Positions 48,118-57,860 of a stretch of DNA of 63,686 bases are shown here, piece after piece; the stretch's first letter is position 1, and each line of letters opens with the position of its first letter. The translations under genes were made by a program, and so were the position numbers. This stretch comes from a virus. Below the pieces are notes generated by a model. It was not told the origin of the DNA. It searched no databases and worked only from the letters and a program-made list of their open reading frames with translations. Where the stretch lies: the UHGV virus genome UHGV-0312038; one strand, written 5' to 3'.

Positions 48118-50193
48118 ATGAATTTCAAATTTCAGGTTATTAAGCGTGATGGCAGGCTTGATGATTTCAGGCCCGAGAAGATAATTGGCGCTGTTTACTC
48201 CGCCGAGCGGGCGATGAACCGCGTGGATGACCACTCTGCGGAGTATGCTACTGAGGTCTGCAACAGGGTTGGCAGGTACGCGGAAGGACAGGAAACGCTG
48301 TCTGTTGAGGACATTCAGACCTGTATACTGGACTATCTGAAGGAACGTGACCCTGAACTTAGGGCTGTGTACGAGAAGTACAGGAATGAGAGGTCAGTAG
48401 TACGGGAACGCAAGGAAAAGATATACAGGCACTTCGGACGCATTCTTTCCTCTGACCCGTCCTGTATGGACATTATGAGAGAGAACGCTAATGTCAGGGG
48501 CGGAACGCCTATGGGCCGCATGCTTCGTATCGGCTCTGAGGCATCCAAATATTACTACCTCAGTAATCCGGATATTATCCCCCACGAGACCACGGAACTC
48601 CACAGGAAAGGGATTATCCACATCCATGACCTTGATTTCTACGGGACGTCCATTAACTGCCTTCAGATTCCTCTCTCTGATATTCTGAAGAGGGGCTTCT
48701 CTACGGGGCACGGCTCGGTGCGTCAGCCGAAAGGGATTCGTACAGCCGCGGCGCTGGCGTGTATTGTGCTTCAGTCCAACCAGAATGACATGTTCGGCGG
48801 GCAGAGTATACCGGACTTTGAGTACGCGCTGGCGCCTTATGTGAAGATGACGTTCGACAGGTACTACGCAGAGTATAACAATGACTTCAACAAAGCGGTT
48901 GAAATGACATGGCGTGAGACCTATCAGGCTATGGAGGCGCTGATTCATAACCTCAACACTATGGCCTCACGCGCAGGGGCACAGGTTCCGTTCTCCTCTA
49001 TCAACTATGGTACAGGTACGACTTTTGAGCAGAGGATGGTTATCTCGTGCATCCTGCATGCTACAGACGCGGGTCTTGGCCATGGTGAGACGCCTATCTT
49101 CCCTGTACAGGTCTTCAAGGTTAAGGCGGGGGTTAACTATAATCATGGAGACCCTAACCGTGACCTGTTTGAGCTGTCCGTTAAAGTATCGGCTAAACGG
49201 CTGTTCCCGAACTGGGAATTTCTGGACGCTCCTTTCAATCTTCAGTATTACCGTCCGGGTCGTATTGAGACGGAGGTGGCTACCATGGGGTGCCGCACCC
49301 GTGTTATGGCTGACAGGTTTGGTAAGGACATAACCCCCGGACGGGGGAACCTGTCGTTTACGAGCATCAATCTGCCCCGCATAGCGCTCATGACCAAAGG
49401 CAAAGGCAAAGGAACGGATTGGTTCTTCTCCAAGCTTGATAATATTACTGGCACAGTAATTGAACAGCTCGTGTCGCGGTATAAGATTCAGGCGTCACTC
49501 AGGGTGAGGAACCTCCCTTTCCTCATGGGTCAGGGGTTGTATGAAGACAGCCGTGACCTTGGCCCTGACGATACCGTGGAGAAGGCCGTAAGGCATGGTA
49601 CGCTGGGTATTGGCTTCGTTGGCCTTGCTGAGGCGCTTGTCGCTCTCACGGGGCATCATCATGGAGAGACCGATGAAGCGGAACAGCTCGGGCTTGATAT
49701 TGTCAGACACCTGCGTCTGAGGGCTGATTTGGCGTGTGAGAAGTACAACCTGAACTTCTCTCTGATTGGCTCTCCCGCGGAGAGTACAGCCGGAGCGTTC
49801 CTCAGGGCGGACAGGAGTGAGTACGGGGTAATCCCCGGCGTGACGGATAAGGAATACTACACAAACAGCCATCACATTCCTGTGAATTTCCACATCTCTG
49901 CATACAGGAAGATTAAGCTCGAGGCTCCTTTCCATGAGCTTGAGAACGGCGGGCATATCACTTACGTTGAGCTTGACGGCGATACGGCGAAGAATCCGGA
50001 GGCTGTTATGAGCGTGGTAAAGTGTATGCACGACTCCGGTATAGGTTACGGAGCTGTTAATCACCCTGTAGACCGTGATCCTGTATGCGGATATACAGGA
50101 GTGATTGGCGACACCTGCCCCTTGTGCGGACGTCATGACGGCGAGGCTGTAAGTGAGGAGAAGCTCCGCCAGATTAAGAAGAATATCCTTTAG
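48118..50193 (+). CDS. nrdD: anaerobic ribonucleoside-triphosphate reductase (class III)
   Basis: N-terminal ATP cone (VIKRDGRLDDFRPEKI). C-terminal glycyl-radical motif (DPVCGYTGV) and CPLCG zinc site. Start taken at the internal ATG with GGAGAT ribosome-binding site. Confidence 0.85.
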   Translation: MNFKFQVIKRDGRLDDFRPEKIIGAVYSAERAMNRVDDHSAEYATEVCNRVGRYAEGQETLSVEDIQTCILDYLKERDPELRAVYEKYRNERSVVRERKEKIYRHFGRILSSDPSCMDIMRENANVRGGTPMGRMLRIGSEASKYYYLSNPDIIPHETTELHRKGIIHIHDLDFYGTSINCLQIPLSDILKRGFSTGHGSVRQPKGIRTAAALACIVLQSNQNDMFGGQSIPDFEYALAPYVKMTFDRYYAEYNNDFNKAVEMTWRETYQAMEALIHNLNTMASRAGAQVPFSSINYGTGTTFEQRMVISCILHATDAGLGHGETPIFPVQVFKVKAGVNYNHGDPNRDLFELSVKVSAKRLFPNWEFLDAPFNLQYYRPGRIETEVATMGCRTRVMADRFGKDITPGRGNLSFTSINLPRIALMTKGKGKGTDWFFSKLDNITGTVIEQLVSRYKIQASLRVRNLPFLMGQGLYEDSRDLGPDDTVEKAVRHGTLGIGFVGLAEALVALTGHHHGETDEAEQLGLDIVRHLRLRADLACEKYNLNFSLIGSPAESTAGAFLRADRSEYGVIPGVTDKEYYTNSHHIPVNFHISAYRKIKLEAPFHELENGGHITYVELDGDTAKNPEAVMSVVKCMHDSGIGYGAVNHPVDRDPVCGYTGVIGDTCPLCGRHDGEAVSEEKLRQIKKNIL

Positions 50194-50341
50194 GAGGTTA
50201 CTATGGAAGAGACCAGAGATTCAGGCATGATTGGTGACGGCATCCATTTCGAGCGTATCAGGCGTGTGACGGGGTATCTAACCGGAGACCTCAGCACGTG
50301 GAATGACGCCAAGCGCGCGGAGGAGAGAGATAGGGTGCGGC

Positions 50342-50989
50342 ATGGGGTTGAAGGAGACGGGCGTGAAGGTAGAGACAGATAAGATAGCCCGTCATCTTGC
50401 TGGCAGGGGGGAGCTCTGCGGGTATTCCCTGCGGGGCTACATCCCCTGCTACGTGAATGATGGCAATCATAAGCGGGTCATTTACTACGGCACGACAAGC
50501 ATTGCTGACGTCACTCCCATAGACCCGGAGAAAGGCATACAGATTGGGGCCGGGTTTGATCTTGGTGCGTACAGGGCCATTGAGCTTAAGAGGCTTGGTG
50601 TCCCTGAAGACCTTCTGCGGAAGCTGTCTCGTTATACAGCGCATGTGGGCGGGGATGCTATGTGCTGGCTCAGGAACAGGCCTTTCTCGGTTACTCCCGA
50701 GCAGGCGTTTCTGTTAACCCGTATCATGGTTGAGGAGTACTGCTGTACAGTTCTTGCCCCGAGGTGGAATGACTTGCAGGATTATAAGACGTTCACCCGC
50801 ATGAGCTGGCAGGAGCAGGCTGTGATATTCGATGTTGCCCATGAGTTTGGCGTTGACCATGTTCTTAGGGATATAGATTGGTACTGCGGCCTGCTCCGCA
50901 GTAAGGACTACACCGCTATATTTGGAGAGCTGGGGGGATGTAAATATGCCGCTTCCGGAGAACATGAAGCACCCGCTGAGGGTTCTTAA
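50342..50989 (+). CDS. lysozyme-like (GH24 / pesticin-type fold) protein, putative endolysin
   Basis: The IQIGAGFDLG...TPEQAFLLTRIMVEEY...SWQEQAVIFDVAHEFG pattern parallels T4 lysozyme (TIGIGH...EAEKLFNQDV...ALINMVFQMG). Start uncertain (ATG 50342 or GTG 50363). A 59-aa ORF with a strong ribosome-binding site at 50203 overlaps. Confidence 0.35.
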   Translation: MGLKETGVKVETDKIARHLAGRGELCGYSLRGYIPCYVNDGNHKRVIYYGTTSIADVTPIDPEKGIQIGAGFDLGAYRAIELKRLGVPEDLLRKLSRYTAHVGGDAMCWLRNRPFSVTPEQAFLLTRIMVEEYCCTVLAPRWNDLQDYKTFTRMSWQEQAVIFDVAHEFGVDHVLRDIDWYCGLLRSKDYTAIFGELGGCKYAASGEHEAPAEGS

Positions 50990-51434
50990 TTATATCGCGC
51001 TTAATTCGAACTGTTGCAGGCGCCGCGTAGGGTGCGTTATCGCCCGTCCGGATGGGATGATTATCTCCTGCGGGTATAATCATAATCCTCACCCCGGGGA
51101 TGCGTGTCCTGTCTGTCCGCGGGAGAAATACGCTTCCGGTGATAGGCTGGACCTGTGTCATGCCCTGCATGCGGAAGCAGACGCGATAGCGCACGCCGCG
51201 ATGACAGGGCTGAGCGTGGCAGGGTGTACAGCGTTCGTAACAGTGTTCCCCTGTCCGTCCTGTACCGGACTGCTGATTGAGTCAGGGATTACCCGTGTTA
51301 TTGTTGTGGGGGATTACGCGAAGGCTCCTGTATCGCAGGAGATTTTCTGCGACGCCGGGTATAGAGTGGAAGCAGTTGACTATAAGGATGATGACGGTAT
51401 TCTGGCATACAGTTTCGACATTACGAGAGAATAA
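50946..51434 (+). CDS. dCMP deaminase
   Basis: CHALHAEADAI (HAE zinc motif) and PCPSC (PCxxC). 163 aa from the internal ATG. Confidence 0.8.
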   Translation: MPLPENMKHPLRVLNYIALNSNCCRRRVGCVIARPDGMIISCGYNHNPHPGDACPVCPREKYASGDRLDLCHALHAEADAIAHAAMTGLSVAGCTAFVTVFPCPSCTGLLIESGITRVIVVGDYAKAPVSQEIFCDAGYRVEAVDYKDDDGILAYSFDITRE

Positions 51435-51602
51435 GGCGAAGCCCCCGTGGAAGTAACATTCCGCGGGGGCTTCTAGGTGGTGGAGGGTCGTAAGACTGTG
51501 TTATGGTTATCTGGAGTAACTATAAGGTAAATATTTAAGGCTTGTCAAGCGGAATTGCAGGCAGTTACGTCTTATGATATGTAACTACTACACGGGGGGA
51601 TT

Positions 51603-52184
51603 ATGTTTATTCCAGACAGAGAAGATATAGTAAGGGTGATGAAGGAAAAGGGTTACGCCTTTTTCGAGAAGGGGTGCAACAATCTCAACATCATAGGCAT
51701 ACGCAATAACCAGCTTATTACGAATGCCTTTGATGACACCCTGTGCTGCATATACAGGAATGTAAACGGATGGGTCACGCGGTACTGGCGTATAACGACA
51801 GACCCGGGGCGTTATTACGCTGAGCATCCCTGTAACGATAATGGCACGGCTGTGCTTGTACCCGGCCAGTACAGGGGGGCGTTTACAATAGGACGGCATA
51901 AGGGCCAGTACAAGGCTCTTGTGCAGTATAAGCCTGTTACTGTTTACCGTGATAACAACAAAGATCACAAGATTGATACCGGCAGAACCGAGACGGGCAT
52001 GTTTGGTATCAACATTCATAAAGCCGGGAGAAAGTCAGTACAGGTAGACCGCTGGAGCGCAGGGTGTCAGGTCTTTGCCGTTGAGAAAGACTTTAATGAT
52101 TTCATGCAGATATGTGAGTATTCCGCTGTTCTGTATGGGCCGGTGTTTACATATACTCTATTGGAACGGAAGGATTTTGGATAA
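51603..52184 (+). CDS. YkuD-like L,D-transpeptidase-fold peptidoglycan enzyme (putative lysin)
   Basis: IHKAGRKSVQVDRWSAGCQVF fits the H...S.GC catalytic motif. Followed by small transmembrane protein genes. Confidence 0.35.
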   Translation: MFIPDREDIVRVMKEKGYAFFEKGCNNLNIIGIRNNQLITNAFDDTLCCIYRNVNGWVTRYWRITTDPGRYYAEHPCNDNGTAVLVPGQYRGAFTIGRHKGQYKALVQYKPVTVYRDNNKDHKIDTGRTETGMFGINIHKAGRKSVQVDRWSAGCQVFAVEKDFNDFMQICEYSAVLYGPVFTYTLLERKDFG

Positions 52185-52393
52185 TGATTGATACACTGCT
52201 TGCCTATCTTAACGCTAACAGTTCTGACAAATATGTCAGTCTTCTGTTCGCTGTGATTGGTGTTTTTTCCGCTATTGCTACTGTTATCCCGGCGCCCAAA
52301 GAGGACTCGTCCAAGGTTTACAAGGCGCTTTACAGCGCGCTCAGCTGGGTAGCCTGTAACTTTGGTCAGGCCCGCAATGCAGGAAGAAAGTAA
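52184..52393 (+). CDS. holin-like small transmembrane protein
   Basis: 69 aa with one strong transmembrane segment. Start overlaps the upstream stop (TAATG). Confidence 0.35.
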   Translation: MIDTLLAYLNANSSDKYVSLLFAVIGVFSAIATVIPAPKEDSSKVYKALYSALSWVACNFGQARNAGRK

Positions 52394-52724
52394 CGAGAGT
52401 CGTGTGTTGGAGCAGTTGGGCGAACTGAAAGCCGCCCTGAGCTTTCTGCGTCAGATGCGGGATGATGACGTGCGGAGCAGGGAGGCTTTAGCTGATGCTC
52501 TTGGGAGAATGCAGGAGCAGATTATTGTGTTTACACGCAAGCTGGATGATGTTCTGTCCCAGAGTGTTTGCAGTTACAGTTCATTGGAATCAAGGGTTTC
52601 CGATATAGAGATGTGGCGTACTGAAGTAGTAACATCTCTTCGTGTCGGACGCTGGGTTATGGGGATTATCTGTACGGTTGTCGGGGCGGTTCTTACGCTT
52701 ACAGCACAATATTTTATGCGTTAG
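52377..52724 (+). CDS. coiled-coil protein with C-terminal transmembrane segment (lysis-associated?)
   Basis: WVMGIICTVVGAVLTLTAQYF. Confidence 0.35.
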   Translation: MQEESNESRVLEQLGELKAALSFLRQMRDDDVRSREALADALGRMQEQIIVFTRKLDDVLSQSVCSYSSLESRVSDIEMWRTEVVTSLRVGRWVMGIICTVVGAVLTLTAQYFMR

Positions 52725-52732
52725 GAGAGTTC

Positions 52733-54736
52733 ATGAGTTATTTCAATCCTGTTTTTCTCTATGACGAGAAAACTCACAAGCCTGCGCAGGAGGGTGATCA
52801 GCTTACTCCTGCGTCTGTGCCGGTTTCCAAGGCAGAAGGTAACGTTCTTAAGACCAGTGACGATGGTCTTGGCGTATCGGTAAATGATATTAAATCCCCT
52901 GCCAGTAACAATGCTATTAAGATTGCCTCTGACGGCGGGCTGTTTGTAGACATTCCGGTCATTCCTGAGGTTTCCAAAGACCGTTTCAACTATCTCAGAT
53001 ACGGGAATGACGGCAATTTCTTCGTCGGTTCCAGTGATGTTCTGTCTAATCTGGACACGAATCTGCTTCATGCCTCTTCAGACGGCCGGGTTATCCTGAC
53101 TGCCAGTGACCTTGTAGACGGCAGTGTACTGGCAAAATTTATCTCCTCCGAGAAAGATAATGTACTGCACACGGGTTCCGACGGCAAACTTGCCGTAACG
53201 CGTGTTGGTATTTCTGCTGAGACTGGCAACTATCTCACTTATGGCAGTGATGGTAAATATTACGTCAGTGGCAGGAATATTCTCTCTACCAGCGATACTA
53301 ACATTCTGCACACGAACAGTGAGGGCAAAGTCACGCTTACAGTTGGTGATGTGGCTTCCAGCGGCGTTGCCCCCCTGCTTGTCTCGTCTGATGCTGGTAA
53401 TGGTCTGGATATTGGTTCTGATGGCAGGCTGGCTGTAACGCTCCCGAAGGAAGCTGCGGTTTCAGCGGATAAGGGGAACTACACGCGCAAAGGTTCCGAT
53501 GGGGGCTTTTACACCGGCGGCAATGATGTTCTATCCAATGCGGATGAGAACATTCTTCATATCTCTCCTGTTGATGACAAGGTAATCCTGATGAAGGAAG
53601 ACCTTCTGCATCTTGGTCTGGCCGCGGCGCTTCTCTCCAAGGATGCCAACAATGCTATTGTCCTTGGTTCTGATAGTGGACTGTATACCAGCGGCAGTAA
53701 CCTTACGGACGATTCTAGAGACAACCTTCTTGATGTTACTGACAAAGGGAAGATTTCTCTTGATAAGAGCGTTCTCCGCGACTATGTGAACTCCTTTATC
53801 AGGGTTGTTTCCACAGACAGCGGGAACCTGATTACGGCTGGTTCTGACGGTGGAGCTTACGCTTCCGCTGATTCGCTCCGCTCTACTGACAGTCTGAACC
53901 TTATCAGCAAGGACAGTTCCGGCAAACTCATTGTTACTGCGGGGGCTATCAGGTCTGACGATGCTGATAACCTTCTCGTACAGGATAAGTCCGGTGCTCT
54001 TAAGGTGACTGCTGAGGGGCTTGTTTCTTCAGAGAAGTGCAACCTTCTCAGGGTTAACATTGACAACAAGCTCTCTCTTTGCCCGTCTGACCTTATCAGT
54101 CAGGTTCCGAACAACGCTCTTCAGGCCGCGTTTGACGGCGGTCTGTATGTGGCTAAGAACTCCGCTTCTGACCTTGTTTCCCCCACGGACAAAATCCTCT
54201 ATGTTGACGACTCCGGCAAACTCGCCTCTGGTTTCACGCTTTCCTTTAATGAAGCTACAGGAACGCTCACTGTCGTTGGCCACAACAATCAGGTTGTTAC
54301 GTCCGTAGCTATTCCGTCTGGTGAAGGTGCCATTCTGAAGGACGCCCAGCTTGTCATTAACCCCGAAGGTCAGGCGGAAGGAACCTACCTGAAATTCACC
54401 TTTACGCTTGCTGATGGTTCCACGAAGGACACCTATGTTAACGTTGACGCCCTTCGTGTCAATTATATTGGCGGCAATGGCATTACTGTCAGCGGGACGA
54501 CTGTTTCCACCCGTATCAAGGATAAGGGTGGTCTGACCTATTCTGATGGTGCGCTGGCTGTTGATACTGCCTCGCTGGTTTCCACGCTGTCGGATAATAC
54601 TATCAAGACAGATAGTTCCGGAGATATTTATCTTTCGGTTGATGCGTTCAATGTTTCCACGCAGGCAGGGAATGCCCTTGACAACGGTGTTGATGGAAAG
54701 GCTTATTTCCCCTATGATTTCGGCACGATGGATTAA
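52733..54736 (+). CDS. tail fibre / tail spike protein with internal roughly 40-aa repeats
   Basis: 667 aa with repeated ...LHTxSDGKLxVT... units. Confidence 0.55.
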   Translation: MSYFNPVFLYDEKTHKPAQEGDQLTPASVPVSKAEGNVLKTSDDGLGVSVNDIKSPASNNAIKIASDGGLFVDIPVIPEVSKDRFNYLRYGNDGNFFVGSSDVLSNLDTNLLHASSDGRVILTASDLVDGSVLAKFISSEKDNVLHTGSDGKLAVTRVGISAETGNYLTYGSDGKYYVSGRNILSTSDTNILHTNSEGKVTLTVGDVASSGVAPLLVSSDAGNGLDIGSDGRLAVTLPKEAAVSADKGNYTRKGSDGGFYTGGNDVLSNADENILHISPVDDKVILMKEDLLHLGLAAALLSKDANNAIVLGSDSGLYTSGSNLTDDSRDNLLDVTDKGKISLDKSVLRDYVNSFIRVVSTDSGNLITAGSDGGAYASADSLRSTDSLNLISKDSSGKLIVTAGAIRSDDADNLLVQDKSGALKVTAEGLVSSEKCNLLRVNIDNKLSLCPSDLISQVPNNALQAAFDGGLYVAKNSASDLVSPTDKILYVDDSGKLASGFTLSFNEATGTLTVVGHNNQVVTSVAIPSGEGAILKDAQLVINPEGQAEGTYLKFTFTLADGSTKDTYVNVDALRVNYIGGNGITVSGTTVSTRIKDKGGLTYSDGALAVDTASLVSTLSDNTIKTDSSGDIYLSVDAFNVSTQAGNALDNGVDGKAYFPYDFGTMD

Positions 54737-54751
54737 GGAGGGTAGTTACTG

Positions 54752-55801
54752 ATGCCTAGAAACACTAAACAGCCTATTCAGTTCTACAGGGGCACGACAG
54801 CCCAGCATTCAGGTTATATGGGGCCTGCGGGTGAGTGCACTGTTGATACAACGAAAAACACACTCATTGTGCATGATGGGGTGAAGGCCGGTGGGTATCC
54901 TCTTGTGAAGGAGGACCACCCTGTTACTGGCGATGGATACGTGCTTGCTAATGGGAGCAGGAGCACGACTATTGGCAGTACGGCTCTTGCCCTGTCTTTG
55001 GATACAGATGCGCTCAAAAACCTGTTTGCAGACCCTTCTGGTACTGACGTAGTATCAGGAAATCTGAAACTTTCAGATGCTGTGGACAGTGAGCTTGACG
55101 CCGCTACTGGCGGTACGGCGGCTACGCCCAAAGCGGTTAAGACTGCTGTTGATGGAGCGGTTAAGAAGACATATGTTGTCAAAGGTGACACCTACATTAA
55201 AGTAGATGGCAAGGTTTCCACGACTCTTGATGACGCTGATGGTCTTGACCTGACGCTTGATACAGCCGCTCTGAAAAGTGCCCTTGCTGACCCCACGGCT
55301 ACTAATGTTGTATCTGGCAACAATATGCTTTCTGACGCTGTGGACAGTGAGCTTGATGCCGCTACTGGTGGTACGGCGGCTACGCCTAAAGCGGTCAAGG
55401 CCGCTTATGACCTTGCCGCCAGCAAGGCCAGTGATGACCTTGTCGTGCACATCCACAATGATGAGACTATTGAGGACGTGAAGACGTTCCTTCAGGGCCC
55501 TTATGGTACCTCAGCGGATTTGACAACTTCGGAGATTGACCTTTCCAAAGGCGTTGTTTTCAGCAAGACTGTCTCTGCTGATACGGTGTTTACTTTCATC
55601 AACGCTCCTTCCGGGCGTGCGGCTACGTTCAACCTCATTATTACCAATGGCGGGTCTGCTACGATTACGTGGCCGGCTTCGGTGAAATGGACAGATGCCG
55701 CCGCACCTACGCTTACTGCTTCCGGTGTGGACGTTCTGACCTTTATGACACCGAATGGTACTACATGGTATGGTACCCTTGCTATTGTTAACGCCGGTTA
55801 G
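54752..55801 (+). CDS. tail fibre protein (conserved N-terminal anchor plus duplicated roughly 95-aa module with ATPKAVK)
   Basis: N-terminal IQFYRGTTAQHSGYMGPAGECTVDT...HDGVKAGG is the common phage fibre N-terminal motif. Two near-identical internal segments. Confidence 0.6.
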   Translation: MPRNTKQPIQFYRGTTAQHSGYMGPAGECTVDTTKNTLIVHDGVKAGGYPLVKEDHPVTGDGYVLANGSRSTTIGSTALALSLDTDALKNLFADPSGTDVVSGNLKLSDAVDSELDAATGGTAATPKAVKTAVDGAVKKTYVVKGDTYIKVDGKVSTTLDDADGLDLTLDTAALKSALADPTATNVVSGNNMLSDAVDSELDAATGGTAATPKAVKAAYDLAASKASDDLVVHIHNDETIEDVKTFLQGPYGTSADLTTSEIDLSKGVVFSKTVSADTVFTFINAPSGRAATFNLIITNGGSATITWPASVKWTDAAAPTLTASGVDVLTFMTPNGTTWYGTLAIVNAG

Positions 55802-55802
55802 G

Positions 55803-55840
55803 CTATTCGAAAGGGCGGTACTTTCCACCCTTTCGAATAT
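55803..55840 (+). terminator. 12-bp perfect inverted repeat (tattcgaaaggg / ccctttcgaata) after the fibre gene
   Basis: Stem-loop with no U-tract. Confidence 0.3.
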
Positions 55841-55856
55841 AATGAGGATTATGCCT

Positions 55857-57302
55857 ATGATTATTCAGCGTATGCTTCTGGGAAGAGGCGTCAGTACGGC
55901 GGGGATGGAGTCGTGGGACTTGTGTTATACGATAGCTAAGGATGCTTCCTCTAAATCTATATATATTCCTATATGGACGAGTCATTACGTAAATACGGAC
56001 AAGGTTATTATAGACTGGGGTGATGGCTCTACGTCTGTTGTCAAAGGGGCATATAGTGGCGATGACCTGCATGATTTGAATCCTGAGTTCGTTCATACAT
56101 ATGCTTCCGCGGGTTCGTACAGGGTGAAGATTTACGCTCTCCCTGCTACGTGGTCTCGTACGGAAGTAGGTCAGAGCGTCAGTCCTACCTATGGACATAC
56201 TACTAATCTGACTACGATATATAATGCTATGCCGGCTATCAGGGGTGCATATGTCACGTACAGTAATTCTGATGCTACCGGTAAGCGTATGGACAATCTG
56301 TTCTATGGAAGTTCGGCGTTGACTTCCATACCTTCAGATTTGTTTAGTAACAATACTGACGCTGAGACATTCAACTCAACTTTTCATGCTTGCAGTTCTC
56401 TCAGCCTTACGAATGACCTGCTTCTTTTCTCTGGGTGCAGTGCGGCCAAAGAGTTCAGATATACTTTTTGTGGTGTGAAAGGCGGCGTGATAAGCACGGA
56501 CTTTTTTGCAGATTGTGTTAATGCCACAAGGTTTGACTGTTGTTTTAGTGGTTTTAGTGCTAGCCAGAGCCCTGTATGGTTCCCGGATGCGGCACCTTCT
56601 AGCGATGGCCTTATGGAGGGTCTTTTCCGGAACACTTCCGCAGAGTCGCTTATGGGGACGTTTGCTTTTTCTTCTGTACCCAATATTCTGGGACTTTTTG
56701 ATGGGTGTTCCAAACTGAAGAATATCAACTCCTGTTTTTATTTTGCCGCTATTGGGGAGTTTTACGCATTCCAGAAACCATATGATGGGCAGCCTGTTAA
56801 GTATAATTGGTACAATCTGTTCGATGACTGCGTGAATCTCATTGATATAACGGGACTTTTCTTATTCGCAATGGTTCCTTCTTGCACATTTGTACTTCCG
56901 GATGAGATTGGCAGGGAAGACAAGTGGCTTTACAAGGCAATGGCATATCCTGTTCTGCGGTTCGCCAACAGTCCGAATATCAACTATGCTGACAATGTGA
57001 GCGGGCTTAATCTGACCGGAGAGACCACGCCGGGACGTGGTACGTTCGATGTCATCTGGCTCAGTACCGGACCCGCTATGTTCGAGCAGAATGCGAATCA
57101 CCCGCTTCAGGGGGAAAATATGCAGGCTGTACCCCCCGGCATTGCTATTCATCTGGCTGGGTCTCCTGTGGAAACACTGTCTGGTAAAAACAAGGCTTTC
57201 ATTGTGGTTCCCTCTGGTTCCAGTATGGAGACTCATTACAAAAATGCTACGATTTCTGCTATGCTGAGTCAGGTAAAAACTATTGAGATTGTGAATGGGT
57301 AA
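55857..57302 (+). CDS. BspA-type leucine-rich-repeat protein with N-terminal DWGDG...VHTY domain (fibre-associated)
   Basis: F..C..L-type repeats (FHACSSLSL, FSGCSAAKE, FADCVNATR...). Start chosen at the ATG 8 nt after the GAGGA ribosome-binding site. Confidence 0.55.
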   Translation: MIIQRMLLGRGVSTAGMESWDLCYTIAKDASSKSIYIPIWTSHYVNTDKVIIDWGDGSTSVVKGAYSGDDLHDLNPEFVHTYASAGSYRVKIYALPATWSRTEVGQSVSPTYGHTTNLTTIYNAMPAIRGAYVTYSNSDATGKRMDNLFYGSSALTSIPSDLFSNNTDAETFNSTFHACSSLSLTNDLLLFSGCSAAKEFRYTFCGVKGGVISTDFFADCVNATRFDCCFSGFSASQSPVWFPDAAPSSDGLMEGLFRNTSAESLMGTFAFSSVPNILGLFDGCSKLKNINSCFYFAAIGEFYAFQKPYDGQPVKYNWYNLFDDCVNLIDITGLFLFAMVPSCTFVLPDEIGREDKWLYKAMAYPVLRFANSPNINYADNVSGLNLTGETTPGRGTFDVIWLSTGPAMFEQNANHPLQGENMQAVPPGIAIHLAGSPVETLSGKNKAFIVVPSGSSMETHYKNATISAMLSQVKTIEIVNG

Positions 57303-57308
57303 CAGACT

Positions 57309-57860
57309 ATGCGTAATACTATCAAGCCTATACAACTGTACCGCGGCACAACGCAGCAGCATAGCGATTATGCTGGGCCTGTTGGGGAGATTACCGTTGA
57401 TACAGAGAAATATATTGTTGTAGTACAGAATGGTGTTACAGGAGGAGTGCCGCTGGCAAGAGAGTCGGATGTGACTGCGGAAGCACAAGCTCGTGAGGCC
57501 GCTGATACTGCTCTTCAGAAGAGCGTTACTGATGAGGTCTCTGCCAGAGTGGCTGCTGATAACGCTCTTCAGAAGAAGGTTACTGACGAGGCTTCCGCCC
57601 GAATGGCTGCTGATACTACTCTTCAGCACAATCTCACCAATGAGGCTTCTGCCAGAGATGCCGCTGATATTACTCTTCAGAACAATCTCACCAATGAGAT
57701 TCACGTCAGAGAGTCCGCTGATACTGCCCTTCAGAAAAGTATCACCGATGAGGCTTCTGCCAGAGAGACCGCTGATAACGCTTTTCAGAAGCAGATTGAT
57801 GACGCATATGCGGCCATTAGCGCGGTATATATAGAAGCAGGAGGTACACTCGATGGATGA
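57309..57860 (+). CDS. fibre-like protein: same N-terminal anchor motif plus 8 approximately 18-19-aa coiled-coil repeats (EASARxAADxxLQxxxTD)
   Basis: MRNTIKPIQLYRGTTQQHSDYAGPVGEITVDT. 183 aa. Confidence 0.5.
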   Translation: MRNTIKPIQLYRGTTQQHSDYAGPVGEITVDTEKYIVVVQNGVTGGVPLARESDVTAEAQAREAADTALQKSVTDEVSARVAADNALQKKVTDEASARMAADTTLQHNLTNEASARDAADITLQNNLTNEIHVRESADTALQKSITDEASARETADNAFQKQIDDAYAAISAVYIEAGGTLDG

